Shown here: in pieces, positions 37,697-41,356 of the stretch
Position numbering within the stretch: the first letter of the stretch is position 1
Layout of the letters: the number at the start of each line of letters is the position of its first letter
Assembly (NCBI GenBank): GCA_900088475.1
Contig: FLMG01000900.1
Span: 1-41,356, forward strand
Origin: Hyphochytrium catenoides
Taxonomy: Eukaryota > Protista > Hyphochytriomycota
Reading direction: 5' to 3'
Length of the DNA stretch: 41,356 nucleotides
Notes under the pieces: model-generated
What the model was told of the DNA's origin: nothing
Databases searched by the model: none
What the model saw: only the letters and a program-made list of their open reading frames with translations
Made by a program: the position numbers and the translations under genes

Positions 37697-40600
37697 ACAC
37701 GCTGACCCATCTGGTTCTCCATAAAGAGAATAAGCTTCAGCAAATGTTTGAGAAGTCGCAATGTTGACAACATAGTTACCACCATAATGGGGTATCTTAC
37801 CAACAAACAACAAGATGTAGCCACCCTTCCAGCCTTTTCTTGCAGAACAAAGAGGCAGATGGGATCTCATCGAGGAGATGATGCGAATGAAGGGTTTTAA
37901 GGACAAGCTACGCATGACCGGAATACTGATGAAACTACCAGACTCTCTGAAGGCTGCAGTAGACGACATTCACCTTCAAGGAACCGGAACCTGACCACTG
38001 ATCCTCGGAAGAGTATCTGCTGAACGAAGTTCATCGCCACCAAGCTCAGGAAGCTAGAACAGCCAACAAGGCAGACGATTCGGCTGTGCCCCATGTCGTT
38101 GCAAACGCACTTGCATCTAACCAAACACGTCTCCAAACAAAGAACAACCGCAACTGATCGTCTGCCCTCACTGCAAGCGCCGGGGAAGACACAAACCAGA
38201 AGCATGTTGAAAATAGCTAAGAATGCGCATCTTCGCCCATCATCTTCTCTCAAGCACACCCGTAAAGAGAAGAGCGCACCCGCTGACGACTCAACCGCAC
38301 TATTTGCAGCTTTTATCAATTCTTTGGATCCTAACGAAAAGACCAAACTCATAAACTCTCTCGGAGGAGCTTCCACTTATTCAACAGCGCATAAACCCGA
38401 TAGGGACAAATCAATCGTAGGGGAAGTGAATTCGGCATATACTCCTTTCTCCGAGACCCTAGGAACGTCATGGATCATGATAGCGGCGCATCCGATCACA
38501 TAACTGGCGATAGACAACTATTTGATACATACGAACAAATTGATTCGGTCAACCTACAGAAAGCAGACAACAGAACCGTTCAAGCAGTAGGCAGAGAAAT
38601 CGTCCGCCTAATCTTTATGAATCATCCGAAACCATCATTCTCGAGAATTTCCTACACGCACCTGGCTTTAAGAAGCATCTTTCTCAACTGGACAAGAACT
38701 TAAAAGGGATATCGTGTACTTTTTACCACAAGACGTTGGCGTCTACTACCTAGATCCGAAGAATGTACCACATCTAGCTACAACCTAAGGTGCACTATCT
38801 CTCGGCACAGGCGTCGGTACGTTGTTCTATTCAAAAGGAACAAGTCAGAAGCCCACAATAATAGGTAACACACCACGTCGGAAACAACTTGGATGAGCCA
38901 CCAATGCACAAACCCCAACCCAAGTCAGTTATCATTTGGCATCGCCGCCTGGGGCACCTCAACATTCTAGACCTCAGGAAACTAGCCAAAGTCGCTGAAG
39001 GGATTCAGATCAACCATGAGGACGCTCAGTTCTGCTCCGGATGCATTCTAGGCAAACTCACACGCCAGAAGTTCCCCAAGAAAGCGACTCGCAGAGCTTT
39101 AAGACCCCTGCTGGAGCTAGTTCACTCCGATGTGGGAGTTGTCAATACCCTTACCCTATGAGGACACCGCTACTATGTTGTCTTCGTAGATGATCACACC
39201 CGGCGGACATTTCCCTCATTGATGAAATCCAAAGATGAAGTGATTACTCACCTGGAAACGTTTGTGCGACTAGCGGAACGACAAACTGGATGTAAAATCC
39301 AGAAAACTCGAAGCGATCGAGGAGGAGAATACTGCTCAGAAGTCCATGAAGGAGTACTGTAAAACACGTGGAATAGTACATGAACTCACAGTCCCGTATT
39401 CACCAGCACAAAATGGCGTCGCTGAATGTAAACAGCGCAGTCTTGTGGAATCTACTCGCAGCATGCTCCACGCTGCAAAACTTCCCTTATCGTTTTGGGG
39501 AGAAGCCCTTAAAACAGCAGCTCACCTTGGAAACATGTACCCCACCTCAGCACTCAACAAGGACAACACACCCTATATAATGTGGGAGGGTAAAAAACCT
39601 GACTTGAGCCATTTGCGTGTCTTCGGTTGTCAAGCTTATGGTCTCATCCCTGACCAGGAACGGACCAAGATGGTTTCTAAGGCTAAGTACTATGTCTTCG
39701 TGGGTTATGCAGATCAGCTCAAGATCGTATCGCTTATATGATTCATAGACAAAGAGAATCATTGAAAAGCGTGATGTCGCATTCAACGATGAGGTAGAAT
39801 CAGGACGGAGTACCTCGAAATATCACCTCCACCCGAGGAGGTTGTTGATATACTCTTTGAGATACTAAATGAGGTCCAAGACGCGACCCCAGCTCCAGTC
39901 GAAGATCAAAAAACCCAATTAATAGTTGGGCCCCGGCGTCAAAGTAACAACTGACCTATCTGATCCAGCCAACCTTGACAACACCGAGGGGGAGAGATTT
40001 CGGTGTACTGAAGACGACATCGAAGTTGAAGAAGAGGTTCTACCTTCACGAAATGAAGATCATACACTCTCGCCCACTAGTAAGAATTCTACACTGGATA
40101 CACTACCGCTGGTAGATTCAATCCAAAGTGATTAGACGACCGCCAAGCGTTAACCCCCGGAGGAGAACGCCCTCACTCTGCACCTATTGCCATTCAACCT
40201 TCTCGTATCCCACTGCTACGAAGCCGCCTACAACAGGAAGATTCCATCTCACGTGCGGTTAACAACACTGAGACAACATCTGACCCGCGAACGATCAACG
40301 AGGCACTACGACGTGGACCTCACGCCGAAGAATGAAGCGCTGGTATTGCTAGCGAGTTGGCCTCGATGGAACAACATGATGTTTGGGAGCTTGTTAAGCG
40401 GCCACCGGACCCCAATATGATCGGGTGTAAACGGGTGTAAAGGGGATTTCCGCACAAAAAAGTATAACAGCGATGGCAGTCTCGACCGCTACAAAGCTCG
40501 TCTGGTAGCCCAAGGATACAACCAGAAGTTTGGAGTTGATCACAATGAAGTTTTTGCCCCTGTCTTCAGTTATGAGTCAGTGCGATGTCTTCTCTCATTG

Positions 40601-41356
40601 GCAGCCACGTATGATCTCGATATCCACCATGTTGATATCAAAACAGCCTTTCTTCATGGCGATCTGGAAGAGACCATATATATGCGTCAGCCTCCTGGCT
40701 TCCTCGAGAAACCTGGAGCGAAGAGAAACATGGTCTGCAAGCTCAAGCGGAATATTTATGGTCTCAAACAAAGTCCCCGACAATGGAATAAAGTCCTTGA
40801 CAGATATCTGAACAATCATCTCCGCCTTCGTTGATGATGACACACTGATATTTACTCCAGACACCGCCAAGTTCACTCAAGTCAAGCAACTGCTCGCGAA
40901 TCGCTTCGATATCACGGACCTGGGAGAATTTTGCAATGTTTTCTTGGGGTTGAAGTTCTTAGAGACCGACCAAATCGCAAGATATACCTTAGACAAACGA
41001 GATTTCTTCAGTATGTCTTATATATCTCGTTTGGCGTGCGAGCTCTCAGGGTTGAGTCCGGCCGACGGACAGGAGTTATTACGAATTCCGTACCGCAATG
41101 CTGTTGGAGCACTACTACAGTAGTACACCTCATGGTTGCGACTGGACCAGACATAGCCCACGCAGTACAGTCAGTAAGTCAACATATGGCCAACTTCCGG
41201 AATGTCCACTGGAAAGCGGCCAAGAGAATCTTTCCTTGATACTTGAAAGGTACTAGCAGCCACTACGCACTATGTCTACTAGGGGGAGTGCCGGTCACAA
41301 CCTCAAGCTCTGTTATAATGTATGGGATTTGAAGACACTCTTATTTAGGTTATGTG
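37697..41356 (+). mobile_element. Decayed Ty1/copia element (gag end, protease, integrase, RT); continues to the window edge
   Basis: Zn-knuckle remnant CPHCKRRGRHKPEAC*, protease DSGASDH, GAG-pre-integrase WHRRLGH...CSGC, integrase LELVHSDV, RSDRGGEY and PYSPAQNGVAE, and RT YKARLVAQG, DIKTAFLHGDLEE, YGLKQSPRQWN and HWKAAKRI. The PR-INT-RT order is copia-type; many stops and frameshifts. Confidence 0.95.

Noticed and set aside
41281-41295. AGGGGGAG-TG resembling a PPT/LTR junction
   Set aside because: It falls where copia RT encodes the LKGT...L.LGG segment, so it is better explained as coding sequence.

Overview
Eukaryotic draft-assembly window with standard genetic code, GT-AG introns and seven N-gaps, probably from a protist; a SAR/stramenopile-like origin is only an impression from protein style. 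Positions 1-31.1 kb are a dense block of nine intron-containing genes that I assembled by hand from splice sites and reading-frame phase. In order: 3' end of an EHD/RME-1-like EH-domain gene (+), a DNAJC28/DUF1992-like gene with no visible J domain (-), voltage-gated K+ channel A (-), a divergent EB1-like CH-domain gene (+), SPCS1 (-), U2AF2/U2AF65 (+), xylulokinase (-), cystathionine gamma-lyase (+), and voltage-gated K+ channel B (-). The left ~19 kb is saturated with (CT)n/(GA)n microsatellite, which produces most of the spurious ORFs; 19-31 kb is compact. From ~31.1 kb the sequence is gene-free and holds at least three decayed Ty1/copia retrotransposon pieces and one LTR. The most notable observations are: (i) two T1-less Kv paralogs that share intron positions, a four-cysteine turret motif and a C-terminal helix; (ii) introns with (GA)n near the donor and complementary (CT)n near the acceptor; (iii) EB1-like and DNAJC28-like proteins lacking their signature partner domains; (iv) a CTH with an NLS-like N-terminal extension. 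All protein identities come from motif recognition, not database searches.
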